Positions 36,257-46,267 of a stretch of 50,462 nucleotides of DNA are shown in pieces; position 1 is the stretch's first letter, and each line of letters opens with the position of its first letter. The notes under the pieces were generated by a model. That model was not told the DNA's origin. It did no database searches and saw nothing but the letters and a program-made list of their open reading frames with translations. Source of the DNA: Candidatus Moanibacter sp. (GTDB taxonomy: Bacteria; Verrucomicrobiota; Verrucomicrobiia; Opitutales; UBA2987); NCBI GenBank assembly GCA_965215885.1, contig CBDCEW010000019.1, positions 1-50,462 of the forward strand, written 5' to 3'. The position numbers were made by a program, and so were the translations under genes.

Positions 36257-38255
36257 GACCCCATTCGAAAAGCCTTTCGCGCGGACGGTTTCAGGTTTTC
36301 CGCCACAGGCGGACCAGCCTATGGCTGGCAGGCGTCGGGTTTCAGGCTGCCGACGCTGCCGATGAGCAGGTATTGAGCGGCCATCGGCGTGGCTTGCTGC
36401 ACAATACGCATATTTGCCGCTGTTTGGAGGCATACTCATCCCGTGGTGCTTTTTTCTCCGAGCTGCAAAGCGGTCAGATTCAGGCCGCCTGTTCCAGTTC
36501 CTCCCGTCGTCGTTTCTTCATCAGTATGATGCGGCAGAAGTTGTAGGCCAGAACCTTCTCGAGCAGTTCATCGCCTACCGCATCGATGCCGCGGCGGCCG
36601 AGTTCGCCAAAGGCAAATCCATCTTTAATCGTGAACATCAGCGACTCCACTGCGGAGCGATTGCGGCGTGCCTCGCGATACGCCTCGCTCTCCCGGTCCT
36701 CGGGGGTGGTCAACTTCTTGCCCTTCGCCCCACTGATACTGATCTGCTTTACCCCCATGCCCAGCACCTCCTTGCGCCCCTTCGCCGAAGCATATCCGTC
36801 ATCGGTGCTGATCAGTTCAGCAATGACACCGGTGCGCTTGATCGAATCGCCGATGGCCGGCGCCAGCTCAATGGAGTCTGCCGCATTGCCTTGCGGTACG
36901 ATCAGGCTGGTGACAAAACCGTTTTCGCTGCGAACCAGTTGTGGCTTGTACCCGATCACTGGATTGCGGCTGCCCTTCTTGATGTAGGCCGCCGATCCGT
37001 CCGACAGGCTCAGGACCTTCTGCGTGGACGGTAGCTTCTTTTCGTGAAACACCCGATCATGAGCATACTCAACAACCCGCTTGGCGTCGGCAATATCGCG
37101 CCTGATCTGGCTCAATACCCGCTTCAGAAGCTCCCGGCGAGTGGGAGGCAGTGAATCCATCGACAGGCCCTCTTCAAGATGGCTCAGTTCCCCCGTTAGT
37201 GAGTCGGCCGCCTTGCGGCCCCGCTTGAGCAACCGCCGGTAGTGTTTCTTCAGCTTGCCCTTCGACTTCGGTTTGCCCGCGGCCAGACAAATCTGAAACT
37301 CCAGCTTGTCCATCTCCTGCAGCCAACGCCCAACCCATCCCTTGCGAAAATCCTCCAGCCCGAATATATGCAACTTCTGACCCAAACGATTGGCCCGCAT
37401 CAAAAGACCGCTCAGAATCCTCCCATCGGTGGGCCAGCAGCTGTTTGCTTTCACCGAGGTGCTGTCGATCGTCAGCTTCCCGAAATCGTCCCATTGCTCC
37501 TGGAGGATAAACCCAATCTGTTTATCAAAGATCAGCTCGCGGGTCCTATGGCTGACCAGGTTCACGTTCTCCAGAATCGTCGTCACCGCCGGCATCCTCA
37601 GTCCCCGCCTCTGAAGAAATCCGTACAAGCTCATCGACTCGCGCAGAAACCGCCGTGCCGGTTTCGTGGTCAACGAACCGAGAAACCCACGAATCATCAC
37701 GAACACGTATACCGCATAAGCCGGCATCCGCGGCCGGCCTACCGCAAGATTCAATTCAGCAGCCAGAATATTCTCCTCCTCGATGTCCAGCTCCGGCAGC
37801 TCCGCTGTGCGCCCTTCAAAGAACCTTCGATCTTCCAATCGAAGTTTCTTCTTCTCACGCGCATGGGCGTCCAGATCCTTCTCGATCGCCTCGATGATTT
37901 GCGCCGCGAACCCGGCCAATTCTTCAACTTCATCCAGAAAATCACGAAAATCCGTGTCTGGAACCGGCAGAATGAGGTTGCTAAGGGGCGTCTTGTCGCT
38001 TTTGTTCTCCTCTGTCGCACATGTTGGCATGTTTAATCGCTCCGGGTTCAATTCCCCGAAGCTTGCTTCGTACCTTCAATTTTGAGATCTGGAAACTCAA
38101 ATGCCTCGGGGCTTGCCCCGAGGATCTTTACTTAAGTTGTTAAACACTAGTATGTTACGACACTTTTTATCAAGCCGAAAAACTGATTTTTCTCAAGTTT
38201 TTCTTGCGCCTTTTGCGCCTCTTTGCGGCCAATCAGTAGCTTTTCGGATAAGGTC
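36257..38255 (-). mobile_element. Complete ~2.0-kb insertion sequence (IS5/ISNCY-like)
   Basis: TIRs GACCCCATTCGAAAAGC (36257-36273) and GCTTTTCGGATAAGGTC (38239-38255) match at 14/17; TAGGTA is repeated at 36251-36256 and 38256-38261. Confidence 0.85.
36480..38051 (-). CDS. DDE transposase (IS5/ISNCY-like); start may be ATG at 38030
   Basis: IDSTSVKANSCWPTD, STDDGYAS and RNRSAVESLMFTIK; lies between the TIRs. Confidence 0.88.
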   Translation of the reverse strand: MNPERLNMPTCATEENKSDKTPLSNLILPVPDTDFRDFLDEVEELAGFAAQIIEAIEKDLDAHAREKKKLRLEDRRFFEGRTAELPELDIEEENILAAELNLAVGRPRMPAYAVYVFVMIRGFLGSLTTKPARRFLRESMSLYGFLQRRGLRMPAVTTILENVNLVSHRTRELIFDKQIGFILQEQWDDFGKLTIDSTSVKANSCWPTDGRILSGLLMRANRLGQKLHIFGLEDFRKGWVGRWLQEMDKLEFQICLAAGKPKSKGKLKKHYRRLLKRGRKAADSLTGELSHLEEGLSMDSLPPTRRELLKRVLSQIRRDIADAKRVVEYAHDRVFHEKKLPSTQKVLSLSDGSAAYIKKGSRNPVIGYKPQLVRSENGFVTSLIVPQGNAADSIELAPAIGDSIKRTGVIAELISTDDGYASAKGRKEVLGMGVKQISISGAKGKKLTTPEDRESEAYREARRNRSAVESLMFTIKDGFAFGELGRRGIDAVGDELLEKVLAYNFCRIILMKKRRREELEQAA

Positions 38256-38813
38256 TAGGTAGAATGGCTAGATCCGTCTTCATCCCTCCGAGTGGGATTT
38301 CGCCGACCCAGGTTGCTTTGTAGAGCCTTCGCAGCCAGAGGCTTTGCTTCGGCGTAGTAGGCTCATTCTTCCTCGTCCCGCTCGCCGCATGGGCGTGAAC
38401 TTGACGCGCAAAGAGATAGCCCTCTGATGCAGTAGCCATACCACTGTTCCTTACGGTTATCGACGGATGAAGGACGAAAGCTCAACACAGTCTCTATTCG
38501 ATCAGGGTAGTGAGGGTCACTGACAAGCACAGAGGGATGGGGCGAAGCCCACCGTGGGAAAATCGTAAAAAAGAGTCCTTAAGCGTTAACTTCGCTCCAA
38601 ATTTCGCCCTGGGTCTGCGATGGGCATGAGGTGCAGTCGCTTTGAATCGGCTCAGTGCAGGCAGTGGGAGTATCGTCCAAGCATGTTCACGTTTCCGATC
38701 CTGCTCGGTAGGTGAAGGCGGTTAGGCGGGCCAGCGGGAAAAGGCCGGGTGGCTGGATTGCTTCGTCGTTCCTCCTCGCAATGACAGATTAAACATTTTG
38801 GGGCGGTCGACTG

Positions 38814-39734
38814 CTACGTTGGGTTCAAGCGAATCCAAGCCTCGTCGAGTGTCCTCTTGGCATTGGCTATGACGATGTCGGGGTCGTCACCCTCCATCGG
38901 CTTTACTTCGAAACAGACGTATGGGGGTTCCTCTTCGTTGAGAAAACCACAATTCAGAAGAACCTGCAGAAACTCGGTCAGCTGTTCGACGCTGTTTTCG
39001 CTCCCGGGGTAGTTGAACCACGGGTGATGGTCGCCGTAGCGCGGGGAGTTCTTATTGGAGAGCAGACAATTTCCGATGTCGACGGCGGCAAGGTAATCCC
39101 GTACCGGTAAGATCGCTTCTTCAGGAGTCTCACCGATGATTGGGGTATGGCTGAGGTCGACAACCAGACCGAAGTTGTCGAAGTCCGGCGCGATCGCTTC
39201 CGCATACTGGAGGGCGAGGGGAGCGGGCCCGATTAGAGCCTTCTTGTCGACCTCGTGGTCGAAAACTTCCAGAAGAATCTTGAGATTTCCCCTGGCTCGG
39301 GCGTATTGGCAGAGTTCCCGCGTCGTAGCGATAAGTTTCTCCATGGCCTCCTCCATTTGGGAAGGTAGATACCTGCCGCTGAGAAATACGAGGCTCTCCG
39401 CTTCGATTTCATAGGCTTCGTCAATGCCTTTCTTCAGCTCTGCGACCGCACGTTGACGGCCCGTTTCTTCGAGGTCGTTGGGATTCAAACTCTGAGTCAG
39501 GAGAGCGGGGTGTGCGCCATAGACAACGTGCATCTTTGCCATCTTGAGCATTTCGCCCGCCTTTTTTCGTATGGTGGAGTCTTTTATCCAACTGATGGCG
39601 ACAACATCGAAATACTCATCGACTGCCACTTTCTTGAGCGTTTCAAGAATCGGGCCATCACCTTTCATGGTTTCCGGATACGCCATGAAATGAATCAGTC
39701 CCACGTGCATGAATTTCCGCATTGGTTTGTTCAT
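38814..39734 (-). CDS. Sugar phosphate isomerase/epimerase (xylose-isomerase-like TIM barrel)
   Basis: LLEVFD, VVDLSH, GDHHP and FEVKP metal-ligand pattern. Confidence 0.85.
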   Translation of the reverse strand: MNKPMRKFMHVGLIHFMAYPETMKGDGPILETLKKVAVDEYFDVVAISWIKDSTIRKKAGEMLKMAKMHVVYGAHPALLTQSLNPNDLEETGRQRAVAELKKGIDEAYEIEAESLVFLSGRYLPSQMEEAMEKLIATTRELCQYARARGNLKILLEVFDHEVDKKALIGPAPLALQYAEAIAPDFDNFGLVVDLSHTPIIGETPEEAILPVRDYLAAVDIGNCLLSNKNSPRYGDHHPWFNYPGSENSVEQLTEFLQVLLNCGFLNEEEPPYVCFEVKPMEGDDPDIVIANAKRTLDEAWIRLNPT

Positions 39735-40002
39735 GATATGAATCTCTTATGTCTCCTCTTTTGCAAAAAGACCGCACCGCTGTTGTATGCGTGGAACACA
39801 ATTGCATCAGTGCTGATCGAGGAGCGATCTTGCAAAGAGAAAAACGCGAAAACCGGGCGGGAAGTCAATTCATACAGAGCATACGCCTCTTCCGGGAGTT
39901 CACCTTGGGGAAGCGCCCTTCTACCCTGGCGCCGTATCAGGGAACCCCGAACGTGGCAAAACCTTGACCGGAGTTATTAAAATGATAGATAAGAAGGGAG
40001 AG

Positions 40003-40827
40003 ATGAGAAGAGTATTCATTCTGTTGTGTCTTGGATTCGCGTTTTTCGCGAACCCGCTGCCAGGCGCGAGCAAGCCACACTTCGGACCGTTCATTCCGTT
40101 GACTTTAAACGAGGAAGTTGTGGAGGAAGTATTCGCCCACCAGGGAAAAATCCTCGTCCTATTGAAACCTGAGTTTGGTGCGCGCGAGATCAGGGTAAGA
40201 GCTTCCGATGCCGAAAGTTCACAGTACCGCAAATGGGATGATGGCGGCCTCGAATTAACTCTGCCCCGAGAACTCCCGTTGGAGGAGGAGGGCGAAGCCG
40301 ATTGGGTCGAAACGACAGCGAAATATGTAGAATATTGGGTGGATGAGGATTTGATCTTACATCTCGAACGAGTCCGCTTGTCGCCCAATCGACCAGTGCC
40401 TAAAGAGAAGCAGTTGGCAGAAGTCGGGGGTTTGGGTGGCACCGATCGCGAGCCGGTGGTTTCCAAGGAGAAGGTGAAAGGGGAGGTAGAAGGGGCAACC
40501 GACGAAGATGAGAAGAACCGAATTGGTCCCTATGTCGCGTTGGTTATGAACCGAGAGATAGTCACGGACGTAAGGGTGGATGAGGAGTTGAATACTTATA
40601 TCAAGTTGAATCCTGAACACCGTTTTAAGGAAATCAGGGTGAAACTCTCGAATTTTGACAAGGCCGGTTATCGGGAATGGGTATACGGGGGACATGAGCT
40701 GGTTTCACCGGCCAACGCGGGACGTCCACCGAATGGATGGACAGACTGGATCCAGGTTCAAGCCAGGTATGTGGAATACTGGATGGAGGATGAGTTGTTT
40801 CTCCATCTCAAAAGAACGGATATTTAG
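40003..40827 (+). CDS. Hypothetical exported protein made of two tandem copies of an uncharacterised ~100-aa domain
   Basis: Signal peptide; the two halves share GP..L..N.E.V, EIRV..S, YR.W..GG.EL..P and DW....A.YVEYW....L.LHL.R. Confidence 0.8.
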   Translation: MRRVFILLCLGFAFFANPLPGASKPHFGPFIPLTLNEEVVEEVFAHQGKILVLLKPEFGAREIRVRASDAESSQYRKWDDGGLELTLPRELPLEEEGEADWVETTAKYVEYWVDEDLILHLERVRLSPNRPVPKEKQLAEVGGLGGTDREPVVSKEKVKGEVEGATDEDEKNRIGPYVALVMNREIVTDVRVDEELNTYIKLNPEHRFKEIRVKLSNFDKAGYREWVYGGHELVSPANAGRPPNGWTDWIQVQARYVEYWMEDELFLHLKRTDI

Positions 40828-40839
40828 TCTTAGGGCCGC

Positions 40840-41057
40840 TAGCAGCCTGTCGGATTTATATTTCTTTCGAAAAAATCGTTCGAATTCATTCCGACAGGCT
40901 AAAAAATAAAAGGGCACAGAAGCTATTGAATCCAAGAATGTTATACAGTTTTTTAGAAGGTTGGATAGCCCGCTTTTTATGACCGGCCGGAAGCAGCGCT
41001 TTGGGAAGAGCATCTTGCCGCATCACTCTCCTTGAGAATTTGTGAAAAAAGCGGGCT
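40840..41057. repeat. Two adjacent MITE-like inverted-repeat units
   Basis: AGCCTGTCGGA..TCCGACAGGCT (40840-40900) and TAGCCCGCTTTTT..AAAAAGCGGGCT (40966-41057). Confidence 0.65.
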
Positions 41058-41058
41058 C

Positions 41059-41829
41059 GTGAGATTGAAAGATCGAAAACTCCTAACCTTTGGCATTGCT
41101 GGAGTTTTTTGCGGTCTCATAGCCGCAATCCTGTTCTTGATGCTTCTGAAGCGGGAACCGGCTCCGGAGCCACTTCCGGATTTCGCATCCTACACGAACG
41201 TTAAGGAGAAAAAGGAGGCCTTTTTCTCATATATTCTTCCCTTTGTGGAAGAGGAGAATCGCGATATCCTCGCTGAAAGGGAGCGGATCGAGAAACTTCA
41301 TAGTCGATTTTCAAGAGGGAAGAGGATCTCCCGCCGAAATCGAAAGTGGCTCAATAAGATTGGTGAAGAGTATGATCTCGCTTCCGTAGAAAAACCGACT
41401 GAGGAATTCCTCTCGCAACTTCTTGAACGCGTTGATGTCATTCCCCCCTCCCTGGCTTTGGCGCAAGCGGCTAACGAGTCGGGCTGGGGAACTTCGCGAT
41501 TCGCGAAAGAGGGAAGAAATCTCTTCGGAATCTGGTGTTACACTCCAGGCTGTGGTATCGTTCCACGCCGAAGAGCCTCCGGGGCAACCCATGAAGTGAA
41601 GAGCTATGATAGTGTGGGTGGTTGCGTGGAAGACTATATCAGCAATTTAAACAGCAATACCGCATACAGTCAGTTGAGATCGATAAGGGCAGGTTTACGT
41701 AGTGAGGGAGAGAAAATTTCGGGGAAGAGATTAGCCAATGGGCTTGTGAAATATTCTTCTCGCGGATACGCCTATATCAGTGATATCCAGTCGATGATTC
41801 GGGTGAATAAGCTCCAGAATCTGGACTGA
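41059..41829 (+). CDS. Glucosaminidase-domain (GH73/Bax-like) membrane-anchored protein
   Basis: N-terminal TM helix; LLERVDVIPPSLALAQAANESGWGTSRFAKEGRNLFG, NLNSNTAY..LR, YSSRG..Y. Confidence 0.88.
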   Translation: MRLKDRKLLTFGIAGVFCGLIAAILFLMLLKREPAPEPLPDFASYTNVKEKKEAFFSYILPFVEEENRDILAERERIEKLHSRFSRGKRISRRNRKWLNKIGEEYDLASVEKPTEEFLSQLLERVDVIPPSLALAQAANESGWGTSRFAKEGRNLFGIWCYTPGCGIVPRRRASGATHEVKSYDSVGGCVEDYISNLNSNTAYSQLRSIRAGLRSEGEKISGKRLANGLVKYSSRGYAYISDIQSMIRVNKLQNLD

Positions 41830-42138
41830 CCAGGAAGCTGTCGGAACTCGCTTTTCGATTTCGCGGCGGAGTTGGAATATTTGGCGTCTACGTGTATCGC
41901 GGCCGATTCCACCATCGACCGCTTATTCTTGGCAGAAACGGACTGATCACATCCGGGCGCTATCTCGCGACAGCGGTGAACACGCGTATGCACTCGGTTG
42001 GTAACGAATTGTCTAGCAATATCCCGACTGACCCGCTTATCTCACAGACTTTAGTCGGAGTAACTTTCAAAGATAAGCGGGTTAGTCTGGAAATCTGTGA
42101 GATTTCCAGACCGAGCTTAAAAATGGGAATCAGGTGAA

Positions 42139-43206
42139 GTGAGTATATCGACACAGGAGTCCTCGCAGATTCTTTCAACGGCGGAAGAGGATACAGTCCT
42201 TCGGATTGAGGATCTGAAAACCTACTATTACACGGAAGAAGGAGAAATACCGGCGGTTGATGGGGTAACCCTTTCCCTCAAGCGTGGCAAAGTGCTGGCG
42301 ATAGTGGGAGAGAGCGGTTGCGGAAAGAGCGTCACGGCCTTTTCAATACTGCGGTTAATACAGAAGCCGGGAAAGATACTGAGCGGAAGCATAGTTTTGC
42401 ATCCGCGCGAGGGTGAGGCAATCGATATCACTGCACTGGACGAAAAATCGGATGCCCTCTACGATGTGCGTGGAGGGAAAATCAGCATGATTTTTCAAGA
42501 GCCGATGACGGCTTTGAGTCCGGTCCATTCGATCGGGAATCAGATTTGCGAAGCGATATTAATACATCAGGAGGTCTCAAAGGAAGAGGCGCGGAAACGG
42601 GCGGTAGAGATGCTGGGAAAAGTCGGCATACCGGGGCCGGAAGGACGTCTTAACCAGTACCCACATGAAATGAGTGGTGGCATGCGGCAGCGTGTGGTTA
42701 TCGCGATGGCTCTGGTTTGCAAGCCGGAGGTATTGATAGCGGATGAGCCGACAACAGCTCTGGATGTGACCATCCAGGCACAGATTCTGAAGCTCATAAA
42801 GGAGCTGCAGGCGGAAATTGGCACGTCCGTCATTTTTATTACCCACGATTTAGCTGTTGTCGCGCAAATGGCCGATGAAGTGGCCGTGATGTATTTAGGA
42901 AAAATCGTTGAAAAGGCGTCGGTAAGGAGAGTTTTGAAAGCCCCGCGTCATCCTTACACCTCTTGTTTACTGGAGTCGCTTCCTCGCATGGATAAGCGAA
43001 AAGATCGGCTGCCTGCCATTAAAGGAAGTGTACCTTCGCTTTCGCAGATTCCTTTGGGCTGTCCGTTTCATCCTCGATGTCCCTATATGGAGCCCGGTAT
43101 ATGCGATGTGGGGGAACCTCCCGAGCTCAGACCGTTCCAAAATGACTATGAGGTCGCTTGCGTAAGGGCAGAGGAGATACATCGGAAGGTCGAGGATGAA
43201 GGGTAA
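42139..43206 (+). CDS. Oligopeptide/dipeptide ABC transporter ATP-binding subunit (OppD/DppD-like)
   Basis: GESGCGKS, IFQEPMTAL, MSGGMRQR, IADEPTTALD, HPYT, GCPFHPRC. Confidence 0.95.
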   Translation: MSISTQESSQILSTAEEDTVLRIEDLKTYYYTEEGEIPAVDGVTLSLKRGKVLAIVGESGCGKSVTAFSILRLIQKPGKILSGSIVLHPREGEAIDITALDEKSDALYDVRGGKISMIFQEPMTALSPVHSIGNQICEAILIHQEVSKEEARKRAVEMLGKVGIPGPEGRLNQYPHEMSGGMRQRVVIAMALVCKPEVLIADEPTTALDVTIQAQILKLIKELQAEIGTSVIFITHDLAVVAQMADEVAVMYLGKIVEKASVRRVLKAPRHPYTSCLLESLPRMDKRKDRLPAIKGSVPSLSQIPLGCPFHPRCPYMEPGICDVGEPPELRPFQNDYEVACVRAEEIHRKVEDEG

Positions 43207-43246
43207 TTGAGGAGGAAATTCAGGGGGTAGCATCGAAAAGGAAGCG

Positions 43247-44260
43247 ATGAAGGAAGTAAGCATTGAAGAGAAAGGAGGGGAGCCGTTGCTGAGGGTTCGG
43301 AATCTCTGCAAACATTTTCCCATTTACAGTCAAGGGTTCTTCAAGAAGCTGATCGGCGCGGTTAAGGCGGTAGATGAGATGAGTTTTGATTTGCTACCGG
43401 GTGAAACGCTTGGGCTTGTGGGAGAGAGCGGTTCTGGAAAGACAACTTGTGCACGCACCATACTTCGCGCACTGACGCCAACAAGGGGAGAGGTATACTT
43501 TCGGGCTAACGGTAAGAGTATCGAAATTGGATCACTCAAAGAGCGAGACCTGAAACCACTGCGACCGAAGATGCAGATGATTTTTCAAGATCCATTCTCT
43601 TCCTTAAATCCGCGAATGACGGTCGGGGCTATTGTAAGAGAACCATTGGTTATCCATAAAATGGCCAAGGGTACCGCACTGGAGGACAGGGTAGTTGATA
43701 TGTTGAGGAAGGTGGGACTGAGACCGGAACATCGTCAGCGGTATCCCCACGCCTTTAGTGGGGGGCAGCGTCAACGAATAGGTATTGCCCGGGCACTTAT
43801 AATGAATCCGCTCCTGGTTGTTGCCGATGAAGCGGTTTCAGCTCTAGATGTATCGGTGCAGGCCCAAGTGATAAACTTGTTGGAGGACTTGCAGGAAGAA
43901 TTCCAGTTGACCTATATCGTTGTGGCACACGATTTGAGTGTGGTGCGACACATCTGTGACAGAGTGGCGGTTATGTATGCTGGAAAGATAATCGAATTGG
44001 CGGAAACGGAGGAGATATTCAATGATCCGAAACATCCCTATACTCGAGCACTTCTGTCCGCGGTGCCGCTTCCGGATCCGGACATACAGATGAATTTCAG
44101 CATGAGCGGTGAGGTAGCGGATCCGGGTAATCTTCCCCCAGGCTGCAGCTTTCATCCGAGATGTCCGGATTGCTTTGATCGCTGTGATAAGGAAATCCCC
44201 GGGTTCCTCGAGATCGGCGAGGCCCGAAAAGTAGCCTGTCACCTCTACGACGAGAATTGA
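43247..44260 (+). CDS. Oligopeptide/dipeptide ABC transporter ATP-binding subunit (OppF/DppF-like)
   Basis: GESGSGKT, FQDPFSSLNPR, FSGGQRQR, DEAVSALD, HPYT, GCSFHPRC. Confidence 0.95.
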   Translation: MKEVSIEEKGGEPLLRVRNLCKHFPIYSQGFFKKLIGAVKAVDEMSFDLLPGETLGLVGESGSGKTTCARTILRALTPTRGEVYFRANGKSIEIGSLKERDLKPLRPKMQMIFQDPFSSLNPRMTVGAIVREPLVIHKMAKGTALEDRVVDMLRKVGLRPEHRQRYPHAFSGGQRQRIGIARALIMNPLLVVADEAVSALDVSVQAQVINLLEDLQEEFQLTYIVVAHDLSVVRHICDRVAVMYAGKIIELAETEEIFNDPKHPYTRALLSAVPLPDPDIQMNFSMSGEVADPGNLPPGCSFHPRCPDCFDRCDKEIPGFLEIGEARKVACHLYDEN

Positions 44261-44261
44261 T

Positions 44262-44565
44262 TTGAGACTTCTCTGCCGTACGGCAGAGCGGGTTTCCGGG
44301 CGATGGGCTAACGTTATCGCAGAGCAGCAACTTTCTGGCCGGATCGCGGCGCCGACGAAGTTATCGTGCTCGTCCTCGTCCTCGGAGTGAAGCGATATTT
44401 ATCGAACGATCTATCCGAGAAATCACTCGTACCACTCTCCGATTTACTTTGATCGAGCGTCAACTTTGTATTTTGGCCTGTTTCGAGGACGAGGACGAGG
44501 ACGAGCACGATTGGACCGCTGGGCCGCGCGAAAACGCAGCAAGTTTCACCTCTGTTTGATCCGGC
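44262..44565 (+). repeat. Modular intergenic repeat, copy C
   Basis: Bounded by TTGAGACT and AGTTTCA..TTTGATCCGG; same core as copies A and B2; carries the empty AACTT site at 44462-44466. Confidence 0.85.
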
Positions 44566-44570
44566 AAAGG

Positions 44571-45911
44571 TCAGCGCGCCCGTGGGCTACGCTGCTCTTC
44601 ATCTTCCAGATCCCATGGACTCTGCAAGTTGCCGGCAGAGGAAAAAGTCAACGGCACCTCCTGGACGAGGCTGAGCCTGGGATGCTCTTCAACGAAAGGC
44701 TGGAGATTGGGGCTCACCCAGAGCCGGTCGAGGGTAAGGGTGTCTCGAATGAAAACGAGGCGTGCGGAATCTAACGAGTGACCGCAATTGCGGGCCGAAA
44801 TCTGCAGGGCGGCTCGATCGTCGTTCATGGTGATTGGCAGGCTGGTGCGTTGCATGCCCAATATGCCGGCTGTAAGGGCGTTCGTATAGGTTGCCTGCCA
44901 GTCTATCTTGCGCGCGGCGCGTGATGATATGACATTGGCCAAACCGATCCCGTTGGCGTTGCCGCCGGTTGCCTCAGTGAGATCGAGAACTGTGATTATA
45001 GCGATATCGGGACCGCCGAAGTTCTCGGGCTGCCGGGGTATCATGAGACGGCCGATGATATTCGGATCCATACCGGTACCGCTGATGTTCTTACCGACCT
45101 GGCGTACCACCAGTACCTCAATCTCGGGAAAAGGCAGGCTGGCCATCAGGTCTTTGGCTCGGGTGAGCAGATGAGATTCTCTGACTTCCCCGATTTCGGA
45201 AGCGGACAGTCCGACAATATCCGCCGTTTCGTCGCAGGCGTTTTCCAGAATCGCCAACCCGCCAACCACATTTGTGTTCTCTTCGTAGATCCGGGCTGCC
45301 GGGGCAAGGAACTGCTGGAACGCGGGAATGCCCAAATTGTGCATGAGGGAGGCCCCGCGTTGTTTCCCCAACCCGAGCACTTCCATTTTTGCCAGGCCGC
45401 TTTCGAGCGTCCCCCGAAAGGCGGTGTGCGGCTTGATTCGATTTACGAGAAAGGTATGGTCGGCTTCCGCGGAGGATACTCCCTGGAAGAGGGGTGGCCC
45501 ATCCGGTATGCTTCCGATCTCTATCACGTCCATGGAAGCTCGAATGTCCGCGCCGATTGCTTGGGAGGTGATGCCGAGATGGGCCAGAATCTCCAGTTGG
45601 CCGTCGGCGGTGGCGCCACCATGGCTTCCCATAGCGGGAACTACGAATGGTTTGAGCTCTCTCCCTTTGAGGGAGTCGATGACCGTCTTTACTATCTCCA
45701 CCAGATTCCTGATCCCACGACTCCCAACTGCCACTGCAACGGAGTTTCCCGGAGACATTCGATCCAGGATACCGCTCTCTTGCAGGGCGAGGCGAGCAGC
45801 AACGGAAGGGTCGGAGACTCTTGGAGCGTCGAACCGATGGCTGATTTCCAGGAGCGTAGGAGGCAGGGATCCGGGAAAATCCAGGTTTCTGATTTGTTCG
45901 AGCAACCGCAT
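44571..45911 (-). CDS. Lactate racemase (LarA)-like / DUF362-related protein
   Basis: VAVGSRGI, PAMGSHGGATADGQ, NRIKPHTAF, ESGLAKM..LGLGK, GKNISGTGMDPNIIGR. Confidence 0.75.
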   Translation of the reverse strand: MRLLEQIRNLDFPGSLPPTLLEISHRFDAPRVSDPSVAARLALQESGILDRMSPGNSVAVAVGSRGIRNLVEIVKTVIDSLKGRELKPFVVPAMGSHGGATADGQLEILAHLGITSQAIGADIRASMDVIEIGSIPDGPPLFQGVSSAEADHTFLVNRIKPHTAFRGTLESGLAKMEVLGLGKQRGASLMHNLGIPAFQQFLAPAARIYEENTNVVGGLAILENACDETADIVGLSASEIGEVRESHLLTRAKDLMASLPFPEIEVLVVRQVGKNISGTGMDPNIIGRLMIPRQPENFGGPDIAIITVLDLTEATGGNANGIGLANVISSRAARKIDWQATYTNALTAGILGMQRTSLPITMNDDRAALQISARNCGHSLDSARLVFIRDTLTLDRLWVSPNLQPFVEEHPRLSLVQEVPLTFSSAGNLQSPWDLEDEEQRSPRAR

Positions 45912-46267
45912 TTTATGAGAATTCTACGAAGTTCGTGTATTTGAGTTGGCAATCGCTGAGTGGGCAAGCCCTCGGTGGAAAAGAAATCGCGAAGAAGAGA
46001 ACCGCGAATGAACGCAAATGGACGCGAATGCATAGGGAAGCGCCGCTGATTCGAGAAAACCGCGGATTGATTGAAAAGGGATTGCCCGCTAAAGACGCGA
46101 AAGTGCGCGAAATGATTTAACTTCCAACAACGAATTAGTTTCAAACCCGCTGGGTCCCGCTGAGCGGGATTGGATGTAGAAATACACAATACATTGATTA
46201 TCAGCCTCTTCTCCCCGCAAGGACCTTCCAGTTTGGTTGCGGCCAACGGCTGCCTTAAGAGAAGAAA

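Noticed and set aside
36414..38036. Plus-strand ORFs of 206 and 264 aa inside the second IS
   Set aside because: Antisense shadows of the GC-rich transposase gene with no recognisable motifs.
38505..38620. ZTP (pfl) riboswitch-like hairpin
   Set aside because: Lacks the conserved GACUGGCG segment and has no suitable downstream gene.
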